Position numbers and translations under genes: made by a program. A DNA stretch of 63,873 nucleotides, counting the filler. It is 4 parts of 4 records of this genome, joined end to end, with 100 filler letters (N's around TTAATTAATTAA, not from the genome) between each part and the next. Parts side by side here need not be neighbours in the genome. Positions count along the whole stretch, not along the records: positions 1 to 16,553 come from SRR2962707_3425; positions 16,654 to 31,695 come from SRR2962707_3427; 2 more parts are not named here. One strand, written 5' to 3'. Below the pieces are notes generated by a model that was not told the origin of the DNA, did not search any database, and was given only the letters and a program-made list of their open reading frames with translations. Of the stretch, positions 10,618-19,335 are shown piece by piece (within the stretch, counting starts at the first letter, position 1; each line of letters opens with the position of its first letter).

Positions 10618-11042
10618 GCCAGAGCCGTCCGGGCCTCGCCGCGTATCCGATTGACCATGGCGACCAGCCCATTAGAGCGTTGCATGCCCAGATGCTCGCT
10701 CAGGCCCAGATTTCGGAACCACTCAATGGCGTCGGTCTCGGCGATCTCGGATGCAGGGCGGCCCGAGTAAAGGGCGATGAGCACCGCCACCAGCCCCTTG
10801 GTGATGATGGCGTCAGACTGGCCCCGAAACGTCAAGATCGTCGCTCCACCCTTATGCTCGGTGCTCGACACCAGCCAGACATTGGAAACGCATCCCCTGA
10901 CCTTGTTCTCGGCGGTCTTTTCGCCATCCGCCATTGGAGGCAGCGCCTGACCGAGCTCGATAAGGTAGTTCAACCGGTCTTCCCAGTCATCGAGGAAGGA
11001 AAGGTTGTCGGCGATGTCCTGAAATGGCTGAGGCTGTGTCAT
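10614..11042 (-). CDS. sufE: SufE Fe-S cluster sulfur acceptor
   Basis: DDWEDRLNYLIELG, VRGCVSNVW, SDAIITKGL and QRSNGL motifs. Confidence 0.94.
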   Translation of the reverse strand: MTQPQPFQDIADNLSFLDDWEDRLNYLIELGQALPPMADGEKTAENKVRGCVSNVWLVSSTEHKGGATILTFRGQSDAIITKGLVAVLIALYSGRPASEIAETDAIEWFRNLGLSEHLGMQRSNGLVAMVNRIRGEARTALA

Positions 11043-11092
11043 GCGCCCTATCTAGGGGATGGATCGTGCCAATGCCAGAGCCATGCATGGAC

Positions 11093-11131
11093 AAAGAAAA
11101 AGCCGCAGATGCGGGGCAGCGCATCTGCGGC
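11093..11131 (-). terminator. Intrinsic terminator downstream of the DUF5330 gene
   Basis: Perfect 12-bp stem GCCGCAGATGCG/CGCATCTGCGGC with a minus-strand U tract (plus strand aaagaaaaa). Confidence 0.8.
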
Positions 11132-11215
11132 AGGAGCCAGGGGTCTATGGAGTAGCGTCGCTTGGGGAAGTGACACGACCCCTGGAGTAGCTTCCAGCGC
11201 CGGGGCAGGCGCCTG

Positions 11216-11509
11216 TTATCCCGCGCGGTCCGGCCGAGGTCGGGGCATCGGAACCGCGTTGAGTGCCGGCAATGCATGCATGGGGGCGCCGGCAAGCTGG
11301 GTCGACTGAAGTGCCGCGGCGGCGATGGCCTTGCCGCCCAGGCACTGAATTTCACTGCATTCGATAGCGTCGATCTGCGCGGCCACGAACTGGCTGCCGC
11401 GGGCCATCGCCTCACCGGAGAGGTTTGCGGCGGCATCGCCCACATCCACTCCGGGCCGAATGACCAGGAAGGCAAGGGTTAGCCAGAATACCGAGCGCAG
11501 CAGAAACAT
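11216..11509 (-). CDS. Small DUF5330-like exported protein
   Basis: The MFLLRSVFWL N-terminus and C-terminal PMPRPRP are typical. It has the conserved position between sufE and a divJ-like kinase. Alternative start at 11524. Confidence 0.7.
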   Translation of the reverse strand: MFLLRSVFWLTLAFLVIRPGVDVGDAAANLSGEAMARGSQFVAAQIDAIECSEIQCLGGKAIAAAALQSTQLAGAPMHALPALNAVPMPRPRPDRAG

Positions 11510-11707
11510 GTTTTCCAGGTCCATCGAGGCCGGAAACTGTCCGGCTGATGAGACCAGGCTAAGGACCGCAAATTAAGCGCGGCTGGGGCAAGTCGATAAA
11601 ATTTGAATCAAATGCCGACTGGCCCGGCAAGGGGGCAAGACCTTGTTTACGCTAACTGGTGAAACACCCGCGCCACGACCGTGAATCAGATCGATTGGGG
11701 GCGTGGC

Positions 11708-11723
11708 TTAAGCCCCTCTTAGC
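11708..11723 (+). promoter_or_regulatory. CtrA-like box upstream of the divJ-like kinase
   Basis: TTAA-gcccctc-TTAGC is one mismatch from TTAA-N7-TTAAC. GANTC sites lie nearby at 11605 and 11683. Confidence 0.55.
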
Positions 11724-11834
11724 GGTTGCTGGCCGAGGCTCAAGTCAACAACGACCCGGTTTCAGTCGGGCGCAAATGGCTCGGGGAAGGGCCAAAGAAC
11801 GGTCCTTGGACCGCAGGAATACAGGCGTCGGTTA

Positions 11835-13661
11835 GTGAGTTTTTTGTTGATGCGTAGCTTCACCCTATTCGGAGCCAGCAAGAGAAGCGTCACCGCTTCG
11901 TCCGGCTCTGGCAACTGGCCCGAGCTGCTGCGCCGCGCAACCATCGCGAACAATGCGAAACTGCTTGCCGCCGCTGCGCTGTTGGGCATGATCCCGGCAA
12001 TCTATGCCCTCATTTCAGGTGTTTCGGTCCCCTTCCTGCTGGCCTCGGTTGTACTGGCGGGCGGGTTGATCAGTCTGGCGTTGCACCAGCGCGGCCAGCA
12101 TGAAATCGCGGCCGCAGCGCAGGTTGCCACGCTGATGGCAACAGGCATGGTGTTGACGCTGGTTGACCCGCGATTGGGCGATGCCGGCATGGCCATGGCG
12201 GTCATGGGGCCGGTGCTCGCGGGCTTGATCGCGCGTAGCCCGCTGCGCCGATTGAGCTGGCTCGGTCTGGTGCCGGTGACAGCGCTGGGCGTGATTGCGG
12301 CCAGTCTGGGCTTGCCGGCGGTGCCGCTTGCCGACGCCATCCTGACCTATAGTTCGGCTGCTGGCTTTGCCGTTGCGTTTGCCGTTGTCGCCTTCAGCGC
12401 CCACCGCATCAACATGGCGTTCGAGGTGAACGACAAGGCCCAGGTCAGCGCTTATCGCCATCTGATCGAACATGTTCAGGACACCGTGCTGCGCCTGTCG
12501 ACCGACGGCAATATTCTGGTGGCATCGCGATCGTCGGAAACCCTGTTTGGCTGTCCGCGCTACCAGGTGGCCGGCGCAAAGCTTGCCGAACGCCTGCACA
12601 TCATGGATCGCCCGGCGTTCCTCACAGCCCTGGCCGAAGCCGCGCAGGATGGGCGGAACCGCCTGATCGAACTGCGCCTGCGCCAGGACGACCCGCATGC
12701 CCGCAGCAATATTCCCCGCTTCCTGTGGGTCGAAATGCAGCTTTCGCCGATCATTGGCGATTCGGCCGGCGGCGATCGGCACGACGTCATTGCGCTGTTG
12801 CGCGACATTACGGCCCGCAAGGACGCCGAAGCGGCCATGGCCGAAGCGCGCCGCGTTGCCGAAGACGCGTCGCAGGCCAAGTCGCGCTTTCTGGCGACTA
12901 TAGGGCATGAGTTGCGCACACCGCTCAATGCGGTGGTCGGCTTTTCGGAGATGATGTCGAGCGGTATCGGTGGGGATCTCTCGCCGACGCATAAGGAATA
13001 TGCCGGCCTGATCCAGCAGAGCGGCAAGCACCTGCTCGAAGTGGTCAGCATGTTGCTCGACATGTCCCGCATCGAGGCCGGTAAGTTCGAGATTCAGGCC
13101 GACTCCATGGATGCGGGCGCTATAATCCCGGCCTGTTTTGCCATGGTGGAGACGCTGGCGCAGGAACGCAATGTCAGGCTTGTGTCGGAGATTGAACCGG
13201 ATCTGCCGCTGATGTCGGCCGATGAGCGGGTCTGCAGGCAGATTGTGATCAATCTGCTCTCCAACGCCGTCAAGTTCAGTCATGAAGGCGGGTTGGTAAC
13301 TGTTGCGGTCAAGCGGCAGGGGCAGTCGATCAATTTCTCTGTGAAGGATCGCGGTATCGGCATGGCTCCCGCAGCCATGGCGCGAATCGGTGAACCCTTC
13401 TTCCAGGTTCAGGATGGCCTAAGCCGCAAATATGAGGGGACTGGTCTCGGACTTTCCATCGTCAAGGGCTTGGTCGAGCTGCATGGGGGCACATTGCGCG
13501 CCATGTCGGAGATCGGGGCGGGGACAGCCATCACTGTTTTGCTTCCTATAAACGGTCCGGCAACCAAACCGGGCGAAACTGCCGATATTCTGCAACTTCA
13601 TCGTGAGCCCGTGGCTGCGGCCCCCACTTCATGGCCAAACGAAAAAAGAAAAGCACAATGA
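11835..13661 (+). CDS. divJ: PAS-domain sensor histidine kinase, DivJ/PleC (PdhS) family
   Basis: N-terminal TM bundle, PAS domain, H-box FLATIGHELRTPLNAVVGFSE, NLLSNAVKF, DRGIGM and GTGLGLSIV. Synteny with mucR/sufE/DUF1491/DUF2336 matches rhizobial divJ. Confidence 0.75.
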   Translation: MSFLLMRSFTLFGASKRSVTASSGSGNWPELLRRATIANNAKLLAAAALLGMIPAIYALISGVSVPFLLASVVLAGGLISLALHQRGQHEIAAAAQVATLMATGMVLTLVDPRLGDAGMAMAVMGPVLAGLIARSPLRRLSWLGLVPVTALGVIAASLGLPAVPLADAILTYSSAAGFAVAFAVVAFSAHRINMAFEVNDKAQVSAYRHLIEHVQDTVLRLSTDGNILVASRSSETLFGCPRYQVAGAKLAERLHIMDRPAFLTALAEAAQDGRNRLIELRLRQDDPHARSNIPRFLWVEMQLSPIIGDSAGGDRHDVIALLRDITARKDAEAAMAEARRVAEDASQAKSRFLATIGHELRTPLNAVVGFSEMMSSGIGGDLSPTHKEYAGLIQQSGKHLLEVVSMLLDMSRIEAGKFEIQADSMDAGAIIPACFAMVETLAQERNVRLVSEIEPDLPLMSADERVCRQIVINLLSNAVKFSHEGGLVTVAVKRQGQSINFSVKDRGIGMAPAAMARIGEPFFQVQDGLSRKYEGTGLGLSIVKGLVELHGGTLRAMSEIGAGTAITVLLPINGPATKPGETADILQLHREPVAAAPTSWPNEKRKAQ

Positions 13662-14878
13662 CGGCTTCGACCCTGACCCAACTGCCGCTTTTGGCTGGCA
13701 GCGCCCTGCTCGGCACCGTAAGCCGCGCGGGGCTCTGGACCATTTCGCGCTACATGCGCGCGCCCCTGGCATCCACTGGCCTGTTGGCCATGGTGACCTT
13801 GACCGCCCTGGCGGGCAGCAACGCCCTGTTCTTCCAGACGGCAGAGCACCCTTCGCCATTCTTTGCCCCGTCGCGTAATGTAATTGCGCCGCTGCCGACA
13901 CCGGTTGTCGAGCGTCCCGTCACGCCGCGGACCAGTTCGGTCGAGACGGCCCCCATGCTCCCCGAGCTGCCACAAGCGAGCGCAGAGACTACAGGCAGCG
14001 TTGCCGCGCCGGTGCAACGGGTTGTGCCGGATACACCCGTGGGCAATGCGCAGATGTTCGCGGTGCAGAAGAAGTTGTTGGAGCTGCAGCTCTTTACTGG
14101 CGAAGTTGACGGCTACTACGGGCCCAAGACCGCCGAAGCCATTCGGGCGTTCGAGCAGCGCAATGGCATGACCCCGACCGGCGCCAATGACCCGGCAGTT
14201 ATTCAGGCCATTCTCGACGCAGATTCCGCCGGGCGCATGAGTACGCCGGTTGTCACCCTGCCACAGGCATTGCGCGCGCCGACGCCTGTCGTTGCGCAGC
14301 CAGTACCTGTGCAGCAGGTGGCGGTGCCTGCTCCTGCTCCGACGGCGGCTCCAGTCGTTCAGCAAGATCAGGTCGTTGCCCGCTTGCAGACACTTTCGCC
14401 GGCCGAACAGGTGTTCGACGATGTCGCCCAGTCGGCGGCCAGTACCATTGATTCGATCATCGCCGCTGTCGATGGATCGCGTGGTGGCGCCGGAAATGCT
14501 GGCAGTCCGCCCATTCCAAGCGCGTCGCTGCCCGCCCTGCGTCCGGTTTCCCAGGCCATGCCGGCGCCCGTGCAGCCGGTGGCTGCGGTCCAGGCTCCGC
14601 AACCCGTATCCACGCAGAACCAGACTGTGCAGCTTGCCAGTGCCGCTCCGGCGGCAGCGCCGGCATCCGTGCCGCCCGCAACCGACGCCGCGCTCGTCAC
14701 CCAGATACAGACCGGTCTGGCCAGCCTTGGCTTCTTCCGTGGCCCGATCGACGGCAAGCCGGGGCCGGAAACGGCGCGCGCCATTCGCGAGTTCGAGAAT
14801 TTCCACCGCTACAGAATGACCGGTCAGGTGCAGCCAGACCTGGTGGAGCTCCTGCTTAAGGCAGGCGCGACCATCTGA
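13658..14878 (+). CDS. Membrane-anchored protein with two peptidoglycan-binding (PG_binding_1) domains
   Basis: VQKKLLEL..FTGEVDGYYGPKTAEAIRAFE and IQTGLASLGFFRGPIDGKPGPETARAIREFE, joined by Pro/Ala-rich linkers. ATGA overlap with the kinase. Confidence 0.88.
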   Translation: MTASTLTQLPLLAGSALLGTVSRAGLWTISRYMRAPLASTGLLAMVTLTALAGSNALFFQTAEHPSPFFAPSRNVIAPLPTPVVERPVTPRTSSVETAPMLPELPQASAETTGSVAAPVQRVVPDTPVGNAQMFAVQKKLLELQLFTGEVDGYYGPKTAEAIRAFEQRNGMTPTGANDPAVIQAILDADSAGRMSTPVVTLPQALRAPTPVVAQPVPVQQVAVPAPAPTAAPVVQQDQVVARLQTLSPAEQVFDDVAQSAASTIDSIIAAVDGSRGGAGNAGSPPIPSASLPALRPVSQAMPAPVQPVAAVQAPQPVSTQNQTVQLASAAPAAAPASVPPATDAALVTQIQTGLASLGFFRGPIDGKPGPETARAIREFENFHRYRMTGQVQPDLVELLLKAGATI

Positions 14879-14879
14879 G

Positions 14880-15227
14880 GTGTCCAGCCTTCGCAGCGAT
14901 TTGTGGTGCATGGCCTTTGTCCGGCGCCACAATGACATGGGCAATATGTGCGTTGTGGCGCGACGCGGCGATCCCATAGCCGGTCAGATTTTCATCGAGG
15001 TCGATCACCTTGATGGCACCCGATCCCTGTTCACACCCGCGCCCACAGTGAGCCGGGGTGATAGTGCGGGTCAGATGTTTCAACGCCGTTTCGAGCGGGT
15101 GGAACCCGCCAAGGTGCGCGAGCGCATCGACCAGGAAATCTCATTCGATCCCGACCTTTGGGTGCTGAGCATCGATCTACGCGGCGATGACCTTGGCATC
15201 GATCTGGTGCGCGAACCAAAGGGCTAG
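14880..15227 (+). CDS. DUF1491 family protein
   Basis: LRSDLWCMAFVRR, VARRGDPIAGQIFI and FDPDLWVLSID motifs. Confidence 0.85.
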   Translation: MSSLRSDLWCMAFVRRHNDMGNMCVVARRGDPIAGQIFIEVDHLDGTRSLFTPAPTVSRGDSAGQMFQRRFERVEPAKVRERIDQEISFDPDLWVLSIDLRGDDLGIDLVREPKG

Positions 15228-15272
15228 CCAGCATCCATTGTCATTGACAACGACTTGAGCTGCACAAAAGCA

Positions 15273-15295
15273 ATTGCCGGGACAAGCCCGGCAAT
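15273..15295. terminator. Hairpin between convergent genes (REP-like GCCGGGnCAAGCCCGGC core)
   Basis: ATTGCCGGG-acaag-CCCGGCAAT perfect 9-bp stem. Confidence 0.6.
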
Positions 15296-15326
15296 CCCGA
15301 TACGGTGGTCAGCTTGCCGTTGCAGC

Positions 15327-16469
15327 CTAGCTTGCGCGGCGCACGCCGATCTTGGCCAGGGCCTCAATGGCCTGGTCGACCACCGGGTTGTGCGCCGGGG
15401 TGAGCGATGCCGTGCGCCGGCTGGCCTGGGTGAAGGGCTGGTGCTGCGGCTTGGAAAGATCGAGCAGGTTCACTTCGCCGCGCCACGCGCTCATCAGATA
15501 GGCCATGGATTCAGGCGAAACAGCCCCGAACAACGTCGCGAAGTCCGCCAGCGCGCGTGAGCGCTCGCTATCGTGGCTCGTGGCATGGATGAGAACCTTG
15601 AGCCCGTCATAGGCTGTGGAGCCGAAGGCCCGCAGTATGACGAACAGCGAGGCACCGGTCACATCATGCGCGATCTGGCCGCAGCGGACTTCATCCAGCC
15701 CGGTGATCTGCGCCAGCAAGCGCGTGACTTCGGGACGGCGGTTCTCCGAAAAAAGCTTCATCAGCGCCTTGGTCAGTTCGCCGGTTGCGACCGAGAGCTG
15801 TTCGATCGTGCGCGAAATCGGCGCTTTCGGCGTCGTGCGGTTGGCAAAGGCCTGGATGACCTTGACACGATGCTCATCCGAGAGATCAAAAAAGGCCGGG
15901 GCCAGTAGGGCCGCGTCGAAATCGTCGCGCTTGCCCAGTGCTTCGGCGACCAGATGATCCATCTGGGCGGAGCGCGCCAGCGCGCTGAGATAAGCGCCGC
16001 GCGGCACGATATGAGTATTGGCGGCGAGGGCGCGATAGACCTTGCGCGAATTCATCTGGAACAGCTTGGCCAGGACCACATTGCTGAGGTCGGCGCGGGT
16101 CGCCAGCGTAGCGCAGGCCGGCACGTCATAGCGGCTGATGGTGTCCAGCATGGTCTGGTCTGAGAGTTCGACCGCCCCTTCAAGGAAGGGGATGAGGTCT
16201 TCGCCAATGTTTTCCACAACCAGTCGTTCGAGGGTCGGGGAGAGTATTTCCGCTCGGCCCAGAATAGCGGCGCCTTTGGCGCGGGCCTGCGGGCCGGCAA
16301 TGGGGAACAGCCGCCCCGCCAGCGCCTCGAACTGTTCCATTTCGGGAACAGTGGGCTTGCCGCGCCGCGCATAGGCGTCGCAGGCCGCGATCAGCAAGGT
16401 GTTTGTGCGATCGACACCACCGGTTTCGATCAGCAACTGAAAGGTCTCGTAGGGCTGAAATCCAAGCAT
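15327..16469 (-). CDS. DUF2336-like protein
   Basis: Long ORF with typical codon usage, LATRADLS..V motif and the conserved position after DUF1491. Alternative starts at 16484 and 16514. Confidence 0.7.
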   Translation of the reverse strand: MLGFQPYETFQLLIETGGVDRTNTLLIAACDAYARRGKPTVPEMEQFEALAGRLFPIAGPQARAKGAAILGRAEILSPTLERLVVENIGEDLIPFLEGAVELSDQTMLDTISRYDVPACATLATRADLSNVVLAKLFQMNSRKVYRALAANTHIVPRGAYLSALARSAQMDHLVAEALGKRDDFDAALLAPAFFDLSDEHRVKVIQAFANRTTPKAPISRTIEQLSVATGELTKALMKLFSENRRPEVTRLLAQITGLDEVRCGQIAHDVTGASLFVILRAFGSTAYDGLKVLIHATSHDSERSRALADFATLFGAVSPESMAYLMSAWRGEVNLLDLSKPQHQPFTQASRRTASLTPAHNPVVDQAIEALAKIGVRRAS

Positions 16470-16537
16470 ATCCGGCGGAACCATCGACTCATTTATGCAT
16501 CCGATTTGATGCAAGTCAGACTCTTGCCGCCAATTCG

Positions 16538-16553
16538 TTAGCAGACTGTTAAC
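16538..16553. promoter_or_regulatory. CtrA-like box upstream of the DUF2336 gene
   Basis: TTAG-cagactg-TTAAC has one mismatch to consensus. GANTC sites lie at 16486 and 16519. Confidence 0.5.
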
Positions 16554-16653
16554 NNNNNNNNNNNNNNNNNNNNNNNNNNNNNNNNNNNNNNNNNNNNTTA
16601 ATTAATTAANNNNNNNNNNNNNNNNNNNNNNNNNNNNNNNNNNNNNNNNNNNN
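16554..16653. other. Artificial contig spacer
   Basis: 44 N + TTAATTAATTAA (stop in all six frames) + 44 N; abrupt GC shift across it. Confidence 0.99.
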
Positions 16654-16656
16654 AAG

Positions 16657-16695
16657 AGGAGTTTAGTAATATTGTTTCTTTAAACTCCTTATTTT
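16657..16695 (+). terminator. Probable terminator of a gene upstream of the contig start
   Basis: AGGAGTTTA...TAAACTCCT inverted repeat followed by a T-rich tail. Confidence 0.5.
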
Positions 16696-16986
16696 GTGAT
16701 AGTTAAAATTTGGTCTTTCTTCTTTTCTCTTAAAGCGAAGCGGTCTTGCATTTTTACTTGGACATTAATGGTATTTTTTAGGAAATGAGGTATAAGAGTT
16801 TAGTAAGGACTTATAAGTGTATTTGTTTTACCTGAAAAAATGTATTAAAAACTGCTCCCAAGTATACACTTGTGTGTAAATTTTACACACTTATGTAAAA
16901 TCAATTTTTCCGTAAGTGTCTGTTTTTCAGTGAAATTGGAATTGGTATCAATGTTGGTTATGGTATAGGGAACAAAATTATACCCT

Positions 16987-18423
16987 ATGGAACAATCAAT
17001 ATTAAAAGAATCAACCGAAGACTCGATACAGGAATCTAAAAATCGTATCGAACGATTTATTTCAAACTCATCATCATCTTTCATTTTAGTAGGTACATTT
17101 TTACTAATGCTTGGTGCGGTATCTTTATTCTTTATTCTAGCACCCTATTTTGAAAGAATTCACCTAGAAAGAATGAGTTCTACTTGGGGGATTGTTTTGA
17201 TGATTATTGGTTTTTCATTACTTACCATAAAGCTTAGTTTTATAACCTATATTTTATTTTTATATCTGAAATATAAAGTTGTTAAGCCAGTTTCAGATTC
17301 AGAATTGCCACTTTGTACGGTAATTGTTCCTGCTTATAATGAAGGAGAGTTAGTTTACAAAACTTTAAAAAGTTTGGTTGCTAGTGATTATCCAGAAGAG
17401 AAACTGCAAATTATTTCTATAGACGATGGGAGTCAAGATAACACTTGGGAGTGGATGAAGAAGGCTCAAAATGAATTAGGAAATCGTGTTTCTATTTATC
17501 AGCAACCAGAAAATAGAGGAAAAAGACATGCATTATACCGTGGATTTAAATTGGGAACAGGAGATGTTTTTATAACTGTAGATAGTGATTCTATAGTTTT
17601 AAAAGATACCTTGAGAACTATGGCGAGCCCATTTGTTGTAAATCAAGATTGTGGTGCAGTTGCAGGAAATGTTCGTGTGTTAAATAGTAAAAAAGCACTT
17701 ATTCCAAGGATGTTGAATGTAAGTTTTGCCTTTAGTTTTGAGTTTATTCGTTCGGCACAAAGTAGTTTAGGTTCTGTTTTATGTACGCCAGGAGCATTGT
17801 CTGCCTACCGTAGAGAGGCTGTATTTAATTGTCTACACGATTGGATTAACCAGACTTTTATGGGGGAAGTTTCTAAAATTGGAGAGGATCGTGCTATGAC
17901 AAACATGATATTGAAACAAGGATATAAAGTATTGTTTCAACGTAAGGCATATGTGTATACTAATATTCCAGAACGTTATAAAAACTTATATAAAATGTTT
18001 ATTCGTTGGGAAAGAAGTAATGTTCGAGAGAATATTGCAATGAGTAGATTTGCTTTTGGAGATTTTAGAAAAGGAGCTAAAGGTGGAACTAGAATATTAT
18101 TATTGAATCAATGGTTAAAAATGGTATTGGCATACCCTGCAATAATATTAATGTTATATTTTGTAGTGTCATACCCAGTATTGTTTCTTAGTTCAACATT
18201 AGCAGGTATCATGGTTTTTTCAAGTATGCAGGCTTTCTTTTATGCAAAAAAACACAGTTTGTCTGAAGCTTTTTGGGCATATCCATATAGTGTGTTTTAT
18301 GCTTTTACTTTATTCTGGATTACTCCATATGCAATTGTAACTGCTGGAAGAAGTGGGTGGTTAACCAGAGATTTAACTAAAAAGCAATTAAAAGAGCAAC
18401 GTGTGGTTGCAATAACCTCTTAA
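16987..18423 (+). CDS. Processive GT2 glycosyltransferase, hyaluronan synthase/NodC-like
   Basis: IVPAYNEG, IDDGSQD, GKRHAL, VDSDS, CTPGALSAYR, GEDRAMTN and MFIRWERS motifs; TM helices at both ends. Confidence 0.88.
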   Translation: MEQSILKESTEDSIQESKNRIERFISNSSSSFILVGTFLLMLGAVSLFFILAPYFERIHLERMSSTWGIVLMIIGFSLLTIKLSFITYILFLYLKYKVVKPVSDSELPLCTVIVPAYNEGELVYKTLKSLVASDYPEEKLQIISIDDGSQDNTWEWMKKAQNELGNRVSIYQQPENRGKRHALYRGFKLGTGDVFITVDSDSIVLKDTLRTMASPFVVNQDCGAVAGNVRVLNSKKALIPRMLNVSFAFSFEFIRSAQSSLGSVLCTPGALSAYRREAVFNCLHDWINQTFMGEVSKIGEDRAMTNMILKQGYKVLFQRKAYVYTNIPERYKNLYKMFIRWERSNVRENIAMSRFAFGDFRKGAKGGTRILLLNQWLKMVLAYPAIILMLYFVVSYPVLFLSSTLAGIMVFSSMQAFFYAKKHSLSEAFWAYPYSVFYAFTLFWITPYAIVTAGRSGWLTRDLTKKQLKEQRVVAITS

Positions 18424-18460
18424 TTAAAAATACTTAATAGTCCATATATATTTAAATGAG

Positions 18461-18499
18461 AAACGTTCATCTGGAATAATCTAGATGAACGTTTTTTTT
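18461..18499 (+). terminator. Intrinsic terminator after the GT2 gene
   Basis: AACGTTCATCTGGA-ataa-TCTAGATGAACGTT followed by a T run. Confidence 0.85.
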
Positions 18500-18623
18500 G
18501 TGGAATTATTTTGAAGATTTATCTACTTGAATTCTTTCGTATTAAAATGTTTTTATAATGAAGGTAATCTAGTACTATAAAAATAATTATCTTGATATCG
18601 AACATAAAAAACCTATAAATTAG

Positions 18624-19118
18624 ATGAATAAAAGCTATCTAGATTACGCTAATTATAATATTTGGGCAAATAATAGATTGATTAACGATTTAGCATCTCA
18701 AGAAGATAAGATTTTAAACCATGAGTTTATTGGGAGCTTTCCAACAATTCGTGCTACTATTTTGCACATTTGGTATGCGGAAACTGGTTGGTTGTCTCGG
18801 ATGCAAAATGGCGAATGGTCTGTAGATAAAGTTGTAAATTTCTCTGAGGATACTAATGTACTTTTTAATAAATGGAAGGATACTTCTTTAAAATTTAAAG
18901 AATTTGTAGAAACAGCAGATTTGGAAAATGAAATAAAATTTGAACACAAAGGAGAGCAATTCTCTATTCCAGCTAGAGAAATGGTTCAGACAGTTTTTAA
19001 CCATGGAAGTTATCACCGCGGACAAGTGGTTATGATGATGCGGCAATTGGGAGTCTCTAAAATATCTCAAACAGATTATATTGAATGGGCTCGGGAACGA
19101 GAGAGAGGTAATGTATAG
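18624..19118 (+). CDS. DinB/YfiT family protein
   Basis: YNIWANNRL, SFPTIRATILHI and VFNHGSYHRGQV motifs. Confidence 0.88.
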   Translation: MNKSYLDYANYNIWANNRLINDLASQEDKILNHEFIGSFPTIRATILHIWYAETGWLSRMQNGEWSVDKVVNFSEDTNVLFNKWKDTSLKFKEFVETADLENEIKFEHKGEQFSIPAREMVQTVFNHGSYHRGQVVMMMRQLGVSKISQTDYIEWARERERGNV

Positions 19119-19154
19119 TGTGACAGGTTTATGTAGTAATATTCAAATATTATA

Positions 19155-19282
19155 AGTGGCTGTCTAAAAATGTATCCAAACTCTAAATGTTATTCTAAGC
19201 TTATTGAAGAATTCTTTTGGTTGTTAGATGTTTAAAACTTCGACAAGTTTGATAATTACAAATTGCTTTTTAGACAGTCACT
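19155..19282. mobile_element. Putative MITE with IS1182-like terminal inverted repeats enclosing a decayed REP-like pair
   Basis: AGTGGCTGTCTAAAAA (19155-19170) and TTTTTAGACAGTCACT (19267-19282) form a 15/16 inverted repeat. There is an internal imperfect inverted repeat at 19188-19209 / 19238-19260 and no ORF. Confidence 0.6.
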
Positions 19283-19335
19283 CTTATTTTTTTAGAAGAA
19301 GTAAATAGAATTATCTCTTCGGAATTATTTTTAGT

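Noticed and set aside
12015-14977. 422-aa and 459-aa minus-strand ORFs
   Set aside because: Shadows of the kinase and PG-binding genes.
16598-16609. TTAATTAATTAA as a regulatory or repeat element (also at 31740 and 58532)
   Set aside because: Artificial six-frame stop linker inside N runs.
16845-17084. 79-aa minus-strand ORF
   Set aside because: It overlaps the GT2 start and promoter antisense and has no recognisable features.
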